DNA from: a virus
Taxonomy: Duplodnaviria; Caudoviricetes
Length of the DNA: 64,000 bases
IMG/VR virus record: IMGVR_UViG_3300009183_004565
Strand: one strand, 5' to 3'
In this document: positions 1-9,181 of the stretch, one piece after another
How positions within the stretch are numbered: position 1 is the first letter of the stretch
Layout of the letters: every line of letters starts with the position of its first letter
Translations under genes and position numbers: made by a program
The notes under the pieces: generated by a model
Told to the model about the DNA's origin: nothing
Seen by the model: the letters and a program-made list of their open reading frames with translations, nothing else
Database searches by the model: none

Positions 1-327
1 AAAAAACTGTTGGTCGAAGAATCCCAACATAATAATAATATATTAAAATTCTTAAAGAAAATTAAACAGACTACTGTTGCTTTAACTAAAGACGAATACA
101 TTAATTTTGTCAAGGAAGATAGATTAATGAATCTTTTATATATTCAACACGAGTGTAAAATTCCTGATGCTAATTCTGCGGCTTTTAAAAAAGTAGTACA
201 GTTTGTTTACAATAATGCATGGCACGATAAGTTTAACGAATTACTAATTAAAAAAACATATCAATTGTCTGCTGTACTATTTCCCGAAATAACATTTGAA
301 GAATTTAAATCCGCTGTAAACGGTTGA
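1..327 (+). CDS. hypothetical protein, probably 5'-truncated by the window edge
   Basis: Open frame to TGA at 325-327; the stop lies inside the -35 box of the next promoter. Confidence 0.55.
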   Translation, partial: KKLLVEESQHNNNILKFLKKIKQTTVALTKDEYINFVKEDRLMNLLYIQHECKIPDANSAAFKKVVQFVYNNAWHDKFNELLIKKTYQLSAVLFPEITFEEFKSAVNG

Positions 328-352
328 CCAAAAATACCCATTTTGTTATACT
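324..352 (+). promoter_or_regulatory. sigma70-type early promoter (cassette copy)
   Basis: TTGACC-17 nt-TATACT, then GGGAG RBS before ATG 383. Confidence 0.8.
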
Positions 353-382
353 CTTATTATAGTAACTAATAGGGAGTTAACA

Positions 383-679
383 ATGTCACAAATATCTATT
401 CAGGATGTTAATTCAGCAATTATGTTTGGCTCGTTTACAAATGAGCAACTGGAAAGCATTGCGTCTGCTGTAAAATATCGTCGTAGCGAAATTGCCAAGT
501 CCGTCAAACGTAGTGTTGCAAAAGGTGCAACTGTGCGTTTCTATCATAACGGACAAGGGCGTGAAGTTGTTGGTACAGTGGAAAAAGTTGCAATAAAGTT
601 TATTACTGTCCGTGAAAATAATCGCGCTCTGGGCGGGCTGTGGCGTGTTTCTGCCAGCATGTTAACTGTTATTGAATAA
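383..679 (+). CDS. hypothetical early protein (SH3-like beta-rich C-terminus)
   Basis: ORF with promoter and RBS. Confidence 0.7.
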   Translation: MSQISIQDVNSAIMFGSFTNEQLESIASAVKYRRSEIAKSVKRSVAKGATVRFYHNGQGREVVGTVEKVAIKFITVRENNRALGGLWRVSASMLTVIE

Positions 680-695
680 GCAACACTTTTTTTGG

Positions 696-724
696 TAGAC
701 CAAAAATCCCCATTTTGCTATAAT
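696..724 (+). promoter_or_regulatory. sigma70-type early promoter (cassette copy)
   Basis: TAGACC-17-TATAAT followed by AAGGAG. Confidence 0.75.
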
Positions 725-754
725 ATGTTTATAGTAACTAATAAGGAGTACACA

Positions 755-1054
755 ATGTCAAAGCTAATCGCATTTACTGTTGAGCTGTATAAAACAGATC
801 GTCGTATCAAAAAAGACGAGCGTTATGGTCGTAACAAAAAAGGTCTACGTTTTGTAGAAGCGGTAGATTTCACACCCAGCACCCGGGACTATATCAGCAC
901 CGTTGAAGCTGACATGCGCGAGCGGGGTTTTGTTGTCAACGTGTTTGAAACTTTTGTTACAAAAAAGAACATGATGTCAGGTTATGAGTATCAAGAACGT
1001 TATGACACACCTGCCTTCTGTTCACCCAGTTCTGAATCTTTTTGGAGTATGTAA
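755..1054 (+). CDS. hypothetical early protein
   Basis: AAGGAG RBS then ATG 755, shorter than the ORF-track start at 692. Confidence 0.7.
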   Translation: MSKLIAFTVELYKTDRRIKKDERYGRNKKGLRFVEAVDFTPSTRDYISTVEADMRERGFVVNVFETFVTKKNMMSGYEYQERYDTPAFCSPSSESFWSM

Positions 1055-1055
1055 T

Positions 1056-1397
1056 ATGGACTTTACTCAAGACCAAATCAACAATATCGTGCGTGAAGCT
1101 AGAGATGCTGCTTATGCGGCTTCGGATGAATTTTTCCGAGAGAAACTAGGTGGTGTGGATCAATTTGCCTGTGGCTTTGCTTGGACCAACATCTACAAGG
1201 TCAAAGGCAATACTCGATTGGGTCGGATGCTAAAGGCAGCAGGTGTGCGCCAAGACTACACCAAAACCTTTCAGTTGTGGAACCCTGCAGGATATCCAGT
1301 GCAGAATATTGACACATTGGAAACAGGTGCCAGGGCTGCGGCTGATGTATTCCGCAAGTATGGCTTTGATGCTTACGCAGGTAGCCGACTAGATTGA
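1056..1397 (+). CDS. hypothetical early protein
   Basis: ATG 1056 just after the upstream stop, GGAG upstream. Confidence 0.7.
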   Translation: MDFTQDQINNIVREARDAAYAASDEFFREKLGGVDQFACGFAWTNIYKVKGNTRLGRMLKAAGVRQDYTKTFQLWNPAGYPVQNIDTLETGARAAADVFRKYGFDAYAGSRLD

Positions 1398-1447
1398 CTC
1401 TAATTGCCTATCTTGCTATAATGACACTTTTGTTATAGGAGTTATAC

Positions 1448-1729
1448 ATGTGGTCAGATACAATTCAAAAAGATCCTTATCCGCATCTTTGTGTCGCTCT
1501 TGACAAAGATACTTTCTTTGCGGATCTTGATGCCAAAGCGGAACATGCCAAATCCATGCGCGAAAGTATTTGCATAAGAGAAGAAATTGAACACAGATTC
1601 GAAAATATTACCCAATGGTTGACTAGACATGGTTACCGCTGCGGCGATGATTATTTTGAATATAGAGATAGTTACAGATTTGCAAACAATGGCCTGGCTA
1701 CAGCCTTTGCTTTAGTGTGGACAAAATAA
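1448..1729 (+). CDS. small protein with C-terminal F-x-L-x-W motif
   Basis: Promoter TTGACT..TATAAT and AGGAG; ends ATAFALVWTK. Confidence 0.65.
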   Translation: MWSDTIQKDPYPHLCVALDKDTFFADLDAKAEHAKSMRESICIREEIEHRFENITQWLTRHGYRCGDDYFEYRDSYRFANNGLATAFALVWTK

Positions 1730-1867
1730 ACAAGGAGATTGTTATGAAAAAACGATTTTTAGAAAATTTAATTGATGCAATCCCTACGCCGAGTCCTGAA
1801 TTTGGCGACACCTTGGTTAATCTAGGCTTGGCGTTTACTGCAGGATTCCTTATTGCCATGTTAGTTT

Positions 1868-2146
1868 TTGCGGGATAATGTGAACGCCCGTAGCACATAT
1901 CAAATAATGCAGGAGATGAAGGCGGCCAAGCAAGAGGAAATTGACCGCTTCAAAGCCAAGGTTGTGCATCCTGAAACACTAAAGCTGTTATTTGAAATGC
2001 AACAAGAACGTGTACCTTGTGTCAACTGTCTTGCTATTACCAAAACAGATGTACACGTAGAATATCGTACCGGCATAGCAGTGTTCACCAAATATGTTTG
2101 CCCTAGGTGTAAACATGAATTTATGGAGAAGGATATTCCACGATGA
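1868..2146 (+). CDS. putative zinc-ribbon protein
   Basis: CVNC and CPRC pairs; exact start uncertain. Confidence 0.55.
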   Translation: MRDNVNARSTYQIMQEMKAAKQEEIDRFKAKVVHPETLKLLFEMQQERVPCVNCLAITKTDVHVEYRTGIAVFTKYVCPRCKHEFMEKDIPR

Positions 2147-2412
2147 ATGAAAAGATCAAATTACTTGCTGAACAAGCCAAAGCCAGTGTTCCTGCCGGTT
2201 TACTTGTAAACGAGTGGATAGAGCGGTATAATGAAATATTTGCTAAATTGATTATTGAAGAATGTATATCAAGTGTAGGATCACAGGCAGATAAAATGTA
2301 TCTTCGCAAACGATTTGATCTTCCTGTGGAGAGTGATATTGTATACCCTGCCACAGAAGAATCGTGGTCGGTTAAATCGCAATACAATAGAGAGTATAAC
2401 TTTCCAAAATGA
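2143..2412 (+). CDS. small protein, FAKLIIEEC family
   Basis: Overlapping stop/start (ATGA); motif shared with 2914 and 30650 ORFs. Confidence 0.65.
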   Translation: MNEKIKLLAEQAKASVPAGLLVNEWIERYNEIFAKLIIEECISSVGSQADKMYLRKRFDLPVESDIVYPATEESWSVKSQYNREYNFPK

Positions 2413-2618
2413 AAGAGTTTATATCAGTTATCTTTTCAATTCCAATATTAATATTTGGATTCGTCTATGTCTTTTTATGGGTAGTTCCGTTGGATTTGAT
2501 CAAGCAGAGAATGAACAAAAAACAACCTTTTAATACTCATCCTTTACCCATGCAAAATTTAATTGATAAAGTAAAAGAAGAGAATACATTAAAATCAAAT
2601 GATTGGGGAGGAGCATAA
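2409..2618 (+). CDS. small membrane protein
   Basis: N-terminal hydrophobic stretch; ATGA coupling. Confidence 0.55.
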   Translation: MKEFISVIFSIPILIFGFVYVFLWVVPLDLIKQRMNKKQPFNTHPLPMQNLIDKVKEENTLKSNDWGGA

Positions 2619-2619
2619 T

Positions 2620-2784
2620 ATGAACGATCCACGTTGCTGCGGTACAGATAACTGTGTTATCAATCAAGATGGTGAATGTTGGTGTGGACAGCGTTGGGAT
2701 GGTGAGAAGATGTGCCAACCTTATTTCGTAAATGAATCAGGCGTAAAAGTCAGTGCTGTAACTGGAGATCTTGTGAATGATTAA
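2620..2784 (+). CDS. small Cys-rich protein
   Basis: GGAGGAG RBS; CCGTDNC..CWC..C. Confidence 0.55.
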   Translation: MNDPRCCGTDNCVINQDGECWCGQRWDGEKMCQPYFVNESGVKVSAVTGDLVND

Positions 2785-2913
2785 GAAAATTAGAGTTCGT
2801 CTGGCACGTTGGATCTTGGGTCAACATTGTCCTTGCTATGTAATGGGTTATCATCATATGGTAGACTTTCAGCAGCGTAGTGCAGATTCTTTAATGAAGA
2901 AAGTGATAAAGAA

Positions 2914-3132
2914 ATGAACAACCAATTGGAAGATTTAATGTACCAAGCCGGATTAACTGCACAAGGCTGTTGGGATGAAATGGATGATTATGCCAAAGAA
3001 GCCATTAAACGGCTTGCCGAGTTAATTGTTACAGAATGTGCCCTGATTGCCAACGAAATTGTTGAAGAATACGAAGGTGTCAACTATGGGGTTGGCCGTA
3101 TTTTGAAAAACCGTTTTGGAGTTACTGAATAA
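2914..3132 (+). CDS. small protein, LAELIVTEC family
   Basis: Motif shared with 2143 and 30650 ORFs. Confidence 0.6.
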   Translation: MNNQLEDLMYQAGLTAQGCWDEMDDYAKEAIKRLAELIVTECALIANEIVEEYEGVNYGVGRILKNRFGVTE

Positions 3133-3146
3133 GCAACTTTTTTTGG

Positions 3147-3175
3147 TTGACCAAAAATCCCTATTTTGCTATAAT
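3147..3175 (+). promoter_or_regulatory. sigma70-type early promoter (cassette copy)
   Basis: TTGACC-17-TATAAT, then AACAAGGAGCAGCAAATG. Confidence 0.85.
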
Positions 3176-3205
3176 ATGTTTATAGTAATTAACAAGGAGC
3201 AGCAA

Positions 3206-3409
3206 ATGGGCTATACTGTACTTGGAGAGCGTGATGCACGTTTTCAACCGCGTAAAGGACTAGAAGGTCCGTTTTACTTTGGTAACGGTCGTGTGTTGTA
3301 CTACGACCCAAAGGTAGGCGAGTATTGGGATCCACTCACTGACTTTTATGTGGACCGCGAAGAAGTTAACCTGTTGCACGAATACATGGCAAAAATATTG
3401 TCGCGATGA
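3206..3409 (+). CDS. hypothetical early protein
   Basis: Cassette RBS and ATG 3206. Confidence 0.7.
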   Translation: MGYTVLGERDARFQPRKGLEGPFYFGNGRVLYYDPKVGEYWDPLTDFYVDREEVNLLHEYMAKILSR

Positions 3410-3648
3410 AAGTTCTAATTAAAGACATACAACCGGCGTTCGACAATGCACATAAGCCCATGTGGGCCAAGCATTCCGGAGGACGCATATTAGATCAATA
3501 TGAAGGACGAACACTACCTTCACAGTGGTGGGAAAAAGAATACAATGTAAAGATTCACTGTGATAAATCAACTTGGCCATATAAATGGCACATGGCTGAG
3601 TTTGAAAGTTCGGAAGTGTTAACTATGTTTCTACTGAAGTGGAGTTAA
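3406..3648 (+). CDS. small protein with C-terminal F-x-L-x-W motif
   Basis: ATGA overlap; ends LTMFLLKWS. Confidence 0.65.
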   Translation: MKVLIKDIQPAFDNAHKPMWAKHSGGRILDQYEGRTLPSQWWEKEYNVKIHCDKSTWPYKWHMAEFESSEVLTMFLLKWS

Positions 3649-3650
3649 TA

Positions 3651-3761
3651 ATGCAAACTATTACCTTATCAACTGTTGTTTTTTTAGCAACAATTGCTGT
3701 TACTTTTGTTGCAAGTTTCATAACTTTGGGCAACATACTAGCCCAATACTTTTTTGGTTGA
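3651..3761 (+). CDS. 36-aa hydrophobic peptide
   Basis: MQTITLSTVVFLATIAVTFVASFITLGNILAQYFFG; GGAG upstream; stop inside the next -35 box; absent from the ORF track. Confidence 0.45.
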   Translation: MQTITLSTVVFLATIAVTFVASFITLGNILAQYFFG

Positions 3762-3825
3762 CCATAATTCCCTATTTTGCTATAATATGTGTATAGTGAA
3801 TAACAAGGAGTAGCAAATGAGCAAA
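3756..3825 (+). repeat. 70-bp promoter+RBS+start cassette, copy A
   Basis: Matches 3988-4057 with a single mismatch. Confidence 0.9.
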
Positions 3826-3984
3826 CTTTACCAAGTAACATACACTTTAGAAGTAACCGAGCTTGTTGAAGCAGATAGCAAAGAAGATGCAGAGCAAGCG
3901 TTTAGTGAGCAGTTTAGTGATGCACAAGACTTGTTGGAAATGGGCAAGTATAAAGTCAAACGTGTCACAGAACGTTCTGCTTAA
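3817..3984 (+). CDS. 55-aa acidic early protein
   Basis: MSKLYQVTYTLEV...; cassette RBS; absent from the ORF track. Confidence 0.65.
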   Translation: MSKLYQVTYTLEVTELVEADSKEDAEQAFSEQFSDAQDLLEMGKYKVKRVTERSA

Positions 3985-3987
3985 AAC

Positions 3988-4057
3988 GGTTGACCATAAT
4001 TCCCCATTTTGCTATAATATGTGTATAGTGAATAACAAGGAGTAGCAAATGAGCAAA
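3988..4057 (+). repeat. 70-bp promoter+RBS+start cassette, copy B
   Basis: Matches 3756-3825 with a single mismatch. Confidence 0.9.
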
Positions 4058-4204
4058 AAACACTTTGAGTCGTTGGCCAAATATGTTCGTGCTATTATGG
4101 ATCCGCATGCCAGACTGCAAGCGGCTTGTGCGGTAGCAAGTGCCTGTGCCGAAGCCAATCCAAGATTTGATACACAGAAATTTTTTGATGCGTGTGGAGT
4201 ATAA
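4049..4204 (+). CDS. 51-aa early protein
   Basis: MSKKHFESLAKYVR...NPRFDTQKFFDACGV; cassette RBS. Confidence 0.65.
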   Translation: MSKKHFESLAKYVRAIMDPHARLQAACAVASACAEANPRFDTQKFFDACGV

Positions 4205-4206
4205 TT

Positions 4207-4461
4207 ATGCAAACCGAACAAGAATTGGTGTTTAATATTTTAAAAGACAGCCCGCAGTTCAAACGCGAGCAGCATGGTAGTTTGTGGGATCGTGGTAGTG
4301 CAGACAGTTATTATCATCGTCCAAGAGGCCCACATTGGTGGCCTGAAGGTACGGGTAATGGCGAAAAGATTACAGACCTGACCCCTGCAGAACGTGCCGA
4401 GTATGATGCAGGTTACGATTATAACGAAGAGTACGGCGACAAGAAAAACTACGGAGATTGA
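4207..4461 (+). CDS. hypothetical early protein
   Basis: ORF coupled to the upstream stop. Confidence 0.6.
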   Translation: MQTEQELVFNILKDSPQFKREQHGSLWDRGSADSYYHRPRGPHWWPEGTGNGEKITDLTPAERAEYDAGYDYNEEYGDKKNYGD

Positions 4462-4462
4462 T

Positions 4463-4672
4463 ATGCGAATTAAAAAGAAAGCGGTAGACGTCGTTGAAGT
4501 AGCAGTAGAAACAGATCCAGCCATTATAGAGTTTTTGGCCAAAGGTGGAGTTATTCAGTCAATTCCTACAGGCAAGAGTTCTCCAGAAGCAGGCAACAGT
4601 GCCTGGGGCAATTCCAAAGCCAAACCTAAGCCAAAAGACATTACTGACATCAACATTGATGCATTGGATTAA
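4463..4672 (+). CDS. hypothetical protein
   Basis: GGAG upstream of ATG 4463. Confidence 0.55.
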   Translation: MRIKKKAVDVVEVAVETDPAIIEFLAKGGVIQSIPTGKSSPEAGNSAWGNSKAKPKPKDITDINIDALD

Positions 4673-4854
4673 TGATGACACATATTGAGAAACTAGCAAA
4701 CGACATTGCCTTTCTGTCAAATGACAGTTTACAGAAGTTGGCACAGGAGTTAGTAGTACATTATGCTACTCGTGCTGATGTGCTTGAAACAAAACTAGGC
4801 GCAGCATTTTTTGACAACGAAGTATTTTTCGGAGGAGAACTTTTAAATGGGTAA
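4672..4854 (+). CDS. hypothetical protein
   Basis: TAATG coupling. Confidence 0.55.
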   Translation: MMTHIEKLANDIAFLSNDSLQKLAQELVVHYATRADVLETKLGAAFFDNEVFFGGELLNG

Positions 4855-5010
4855 CTTTCTTGTTCAGGTAGAATACGATCCGGGCACAAACAACTATTAT
4901 GCTCAATTCGCAGATGGTGATACTGTTAATTTAAATGCAAGCAATTATCAGGATGCTGTCATTGAAGCAGATCATATCAATCCGGCCAACTACGAGTTGG
5001 GCTATAACTA

Positions 5011-5211
5011 ATGACTGCCCAGCCTGTCGCCGGCGAACTTGGACCTAAACAGCAAATGGCTGCTGACGGTCCAGACACTGGTCCAGACATGATGATATAC
5101 GTATGCGCCGGGTGCAATAGGCAGTATTATGATACCGGATTGTATTTTTATGGTACGAGTTCTACTCGTTGTATTTGGTGTACTAAATTTCCGAAAGGAT
5201 CTAAAAAATGA
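5011..5211 (+). CDS. small protein with CxxC..CxxC
   Basis: CAGC and CIWC. Confidence 0.45.
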   Translation: MTAQPVAGELGPKQQMAADGPDTGPDMMIYVCAGCNRQYYDTGLYFYGTSSTRCIWCTKFPKGSKK

Positions 5212-5457
5212 GCAAGTTTATTTTGGGTGTAGTGGTTACTTTGGCTGTACTGTATCCGGCTGTGACAAAGAATCTCTTTGGGCAGGCTGTGGATACTACG
5301 CATACCGTGGTTACAACCACTATCGAAAAGAATCAGTGATTTTGGTAATACTGCCGCCAAAAAGAGGTTGACTCAAAGTTCGAAAGGCAGTAATATAGTA
5401 GGACGTTGCAGTGAAGCAACTGGTGTTTTTATCAATTAACTTTATGGAGTATTTCTA

Positions 5458-5781
5458 ATGTCTGACAAAACTTTTAATGTTGGTGGTGTTTCTAAATCTA
5501 AAGGTGGTTACAAAGTTCGTTTTGCTAGCGACATGACTCGTGTCAAGATCCTGGCCAAAACTGATACGGATATCAACCTAGTCGAACTTCCAACAGCAAT
5601 GACCAAGCCTGAGCTGGTCGCGTTCCTTAAAACTTCCGAGCTGTATCTCAAAGCCGAGTACAAGGAAGCAATTGACGCAGCAGATACCAAGTACAACGAT
5701 GCAGGTACTGTCAAGGTCAAAGCTTCGGCGCCTAGCATGGATGCTATCAAAGCCCGTGCTAGCAAGAAGCAGGTCGCTTAA
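5458..5781 (+). CDS. hypothetical protein, Lys/Ala-rich
   Basis: GGAG RBS; followed by a terminator. Confidence 0.75.
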   Translation: MSDKTFNVGGVSKSKGGYKVRFASDMTRVKILAKTDTDINLVELPTAMTKPELVAFLKTSELYLKAEYKEAIDAADTKYNDAGTVKVKASAPSMDAIKARASKKQVA

Positions 5782-5798
5782 TAAATACTAAGCACCGG

Positions 5799-5829
5799 GA
5801 AAAGCGGGCTACGGTCCGCTTTTCTTTTA
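5799..5829 (+). terminator. intrinsic terminator
   Basis: GAAAAGCGGG-loop-TCCGCTTTTC then T-rich tract. Confidence 0.75.
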
Positions 5830-6139
5830 TAGGATACTGTAATGGGTAGTGAACAGTTGTACTTTGTAATTGGATTCTTGCTAGGCACTATCATCACAGG
5901 ATGTCTGTGTATGATAGGGTTTATCGTGTGGCATGAATGGTTTTATCGACCACCGCAGCAGGAAGAATAGTGTCAGTGTATGTTTGGACATTGGTAGTTT
6001 TTATATATGCTGATGGAGTATGGCGTGATTGGCGCAGCTACAATCGTCTTGAAGAATGTTTAGAAGCAGCTCATGTTATATCGTATCGTAGAGCAGATGT
6101 ACTTGACGTTAAATGTGAGCGTAGAGAAGTAAAATAAGA

Positions 6140-6440
6140 ATTGTTGTAATTCCTTTAAAGCAAAGGCATGTTGGACGGGGTTTCGATACCCCCATCTCCA
6201 CCAGAAGCACATTATGGAGTTACCCGCTACACTACTAAAGGATCGCTACCTTTAGTAATATACAACGTGTGGTAGTGTGTTTCTGATGGGGATGAATTGG
6301 TTTCGACAGCGTGAGATAGTAGAGAAGGCAACACGGTAGGCGATCTCCGTAAAAGAAGCAAAACTCGTAACTGCAAACGATAGTTACTACGCAATGGCCG
6401 CTTGAGCCAAAGCCGGGGGTAGCGCCTTGTTAACCAATAG
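6140..6440 (+). ncRNA. ssrA: circularly permuted (two-piece) tmRNA
   Basis: T-arm and CATCTCC-A-CCA end at 6203; 5' end GGGGATG at 6288 gives a 7-bp acceptor stem with G3.U70; tag frame GCA AAC GAT AGT TAC TAC GCA ATG GCC GCT TGA = ANDSYYAMAA* at 6373-6405; outer ends approximate. Confidence 0.92.
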
Positions 6441-6444
6441 CTAG

Positions 6445-6469
6445 AATAGGACCTTCGGGTCCTATTTTT
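6445..6469 (+). terminator. intrinsic terminator after tmRNA
   Basis: AATAGGACC-TTCG-GGTCCTATT then T-tract. Confidence 0.85.
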
Positions 6470-6514
6470 GTTTTAGATGTCTAATAGATAAATAGCTAAA
6501 ACGGAGAAAACACC

Positions 6515-6871
6515 ATGGCACAATTGTTTATACTACCTAAATCTGTTCTGCAATACAATGAGCAATCAATTCGGGTCGATTTCTGGGAATGGGCCCAAAT
6601 GACATTATCCACGGCACAATTAGAAGAATTCGAACAGGAAATAAACAGTCATTATTCCTATATAGCGGGATTAATTGAATCCAATAGATATCAAAATGTT
6701 GATTTTGAAGTGTTGCCCAATGGCGACAATTGTGAAGCATTTGTTCTACCTGGTGCCCCTACTGATATTCCCGAAACAGATGCAGCCCGATTAAAATGGG
6801 AAGCAATTTTTGCAGCCGACCCAAATGTTACCTATAGCGGTTCCATGTTTACCTATGTTCGAGATGTCTGA
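6515..6871 (+). CDS. hypothetical protein
   Basis: TAAATA motif and GGAG upstream. Confidence 0.65.
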   Translation: MAQLFILPKSVLQYNEQSIRVDFWEWAQMTLSTAQLEEFEQEINSHYSYIAGLIESNRYQNVDFEVLPNGDNCEAFVLPGAPTDIPETDAARLKWEAIFAADPNVTYSGSMFTYVRDV

Positions 6872-6879
6872 TAGTCATT

Positions 6880-7821
6880 ATGGCTATTGGATTAGAACTA
6901 GTCACTAGATCAAATAATTCTAATATTGTTATAGAGTTACTATCAAATAATTTTATTCATGATTTTGTTGTCCAATTAAAACGAAATCATGAATTATATC
7001 CCATAAATTCCTTTAAAGAAATAATACGACCCAAATCTGTAGTACCTTGGAACCAAAAAACAATAGACCAGCTGACAGAAGTTTTTAAAAAAACAATTCG
7101 CGATCTCAACGCATTAGGAGTTTCTTTTCCAGTTACAGAAAATGAAATCATTATTGCCAATAATGCGTATACCAGGGATTTGCTTAATCGATTACACAGA
7201 CATTTTACAACAAGTCATAATAGTGGAAATACTTGGAAGTATGGATCAGACCTGAATTTTGTTGTTCCGGAATCTAAATCAGATGAATGGAAAAAATTAA
7301 TACATGATATAAATCATGCTGTACACGAAATAGAAGTTTATGTTATGACTGAACATATACAAACATTTAAATCGTTATATTTTGAGTATCAAGTAATATT
7401 TGACAGATCAAGCCCAAAGCGTAATGACATGATTCCAGTAGTCACTGGTTACGATCCAAATGGCGGTTATTTTCAAGAACTCAAACAAGAACATAAACAA
7501 TATTTTTCTGACGCACTCGAATACGATGTTTGGTTAACTTTGGATCAAGTGCAAGGAAAAAACTATCACAGATGTTATTTTGAAATGGATGATCCAAGAG
7601 AATGGGATATTGACACTCACGTGGTGTACAGTGGCAGTTTATCATTGACTGATCGTGCTGTAGCCAAGGATCCTCAAATAACCAAATGGTTAAAATCCTA
7701 CGGAATTGAACCTGGCCCGGAACATTGCGGTATGCCAATTGGTAATATTGTCGAAGGAAAAGAAGCAGTCCTGTCTCTAAGAGATCAATCAATTGTTGAT
7801 ATCATAATACACGAAAGTTAA
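6880..7821 (+). CDS. hypothetical protein
   Basis: 313-aa ORF, no motif recognised. Confidence 0.7.
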   Translation: MAIGLELVTRSNNSNIVIELLSNNFIHDFVVQLKRNHELYPINSFKEIIRPKSVVPWNQKTIDQLTEVFKKTIRDLNALGVSFPVTENEIIIANNAYTRDLLNRLHRHFTTSHNSGNTWKYGSDLNFVVPESKSDEWKKLIHDINHAVHEIEVYVMTEHIQTFKSLYFEYQVIFDRSSPKRNDMIPVVTGYDPNGGYFQELKQEHKQYFSDALEYDVWLTLDQVQGKNYHRCYFEMDDPREWDIDTHVVYSGSLSLTDRAVAKDPQITKWLKSYGIEPGPEHCGMPIGNIVEGKEAVLSLRDQSIVDIIIHES

Positions 7822-7863
7822 ACATCTCTTGCTCTAAATTGAGCTTTTTGCTATAATAAGAGC

Positions 7864-8271
7864 ATGAAAACTCAATTTCAATCTCCCAATCCTGGTTGTA
7901 AAGTTGCTATTACTTTTGAGCTCAATAGCTATGTGCTGGGGCACGAAGGACCTGTTGCTACAACTGTAACAGGCATTGTTGATTCAGCAACTCGATTCAC
8001 CCCACCTAACTTTGTTAGAATCGTGACAGATTTTGATAGCCCTGTGCGTATTCGAGAAATTCCACTAGACCGTATAACTGAAATTAAATACGCAGACGGA
8101 GGAGTTGGTGAGAAGGTACTTGCAAAAGATGCCCCAAAGACCTGGGTGGTAGAAGGTAGCAAGGGATCCAAATATACTGTGGTACGATCTAAGAATATTT
8201 GGACTTGCACTTGCCCAGGTTTCCAATTTCGTAAATCTTGTCGACATGTGACGGAGTTAAAAGACTTATGA
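7864..8271 (+). CDS. SWIM zinc-finger protein
   Basis: C-terminal WTCTCPGFQFRKSCRHV (CxC..CxH). Confidence 0.75.
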   Translation: MKTQFQSPNPGCKVAITFELNSYVLGHEGPVATTVTGIVDSATRFTPPNFVRIVTDFDSPVRIREIPLDRITEIKYADGGVGEKVLAKDAPKTWVVEGSKGSKYTVVRSKNIWTCTCPGFQFRKSCRHVTELKDL

Positions 8272-8289
8272 TATTACAAAGGATCAATT

Positions 8290-8523
8290 ATGGAACGCAA
8301 GGCATTAAAAGAATTATTGTATGGCGGTATTGAAGAATTGTTACAGAACAGTAGATATTATTATCAGAGTTCTATAGGCCCAGGGTATAGTCATTTTACC
8401 GACGAAGGTAAGCGAAATCTCAATGAGTTTCTAGATATAGTTGCACATGAAATGAAGAAATGTCGTGATGCAGAAGATGAGCAACGCAGTCGAGAACTAG
8501 TTATAAAGGAACTTACACAATGA
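8290..8523 (+). CDS. hypothetical protein
   Basis: AAGGA RBS. Confidence 0.6.
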   Translation: MERKALKELLYGGIEELLQNSRYYYQSSIGPGYSHFTDEGKRNLNEFLDIVAHEMKKCRDAEDEQRSRELVIKELTQ

Positions 8524-8670
8524 CACTAGACGAGGCAGTCGTACAATTGCATAATGTAGCAAGAACATTGGAACAAGAAATTGGTCGCGGGCAACTAAGC
8601 GATGACATTAGAGACTGTGCGGACCGATTGCACAGGTTAGCACGATACGATTACATTAAGAAAGAAGAAG

Positions 8671-8931
8671 ATGGAATACAATAGAGACAATATTGCAGAC
8701 ATGCTGCGCGAAAGTGTATGCGAAGTTACCTTTACTAAAATTAATGGCGAATCAAGAACCATGCCTTGTACACTAAAAGCAGATCTAGTGCCTCCGGTCA
8801 ATGTCAAAGAATTGCGAGAAGAAAGAACTCGTAAGCCAAACCCAGATAATTTAAGTGTATGGTGCACGGATAAGAACGAATGGCGTAGTTTTAAAATTGC
8901 CAATGTTACTCGGGTAGAACGAATTGGATAA
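8671..8931 (+). CDS. WYL_2/DUF2693-like SH3-fold phage protein
   Basis: VTFTKINGESRTMPCTL...WRSF pattern typical of T4-like phage proteins. Confidence 0.65.
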   Translation: MEYNRDNIADMLRESVCEVTFTKINGESRTMPCTLKADLVPPVNVKELREERTRKPNPDNLSVWCTDKNEWRSFKIANVTRVERIG

Positions 8932-9103
8932 GACTTGGACTATAACACTAGAAGAAGATCCTGAGACTGGAGAACTAATTCTACCATTCCCGCCTGACCT
9001 ATTAGCGGAATCCGGATGGAAAGAAGGTGACACTCTCGAGTGGATTGATCGCGGTGACGGCAGTTGGGGTTTGGAAAAACAAAAAGACAAAACGGACAAA
9101 TAA
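8924..9103 (+). CDS. AbrB/MazE-like small DNA-binding protein
   Basis: TTG start; EEDPETGELILPFPPDLLAESGWKEGDTLEW; absent from the ORF track. Confidence 0.65.
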   Translation: MDKTWTITLEEDPETGELILPFPPDLLAESGWKEGDTLEWIDRGDGSWGLEKQKDKTDK

Positions 9104-9181
9104 ATTGTTGCTATTTCCTAAACGTTCGCATATAATAGATAAATGCTGTAGTACAGCATATCTATTTAGGAGATATTAAAG

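Noticed and set aside
3756-4057. CRISPR array or insertion-sequence termini
   Set aside because: The repeats are promoter+RBS cassettes flanking ORFs; there is no regular spacer series and no transposase or cas gene in the window.
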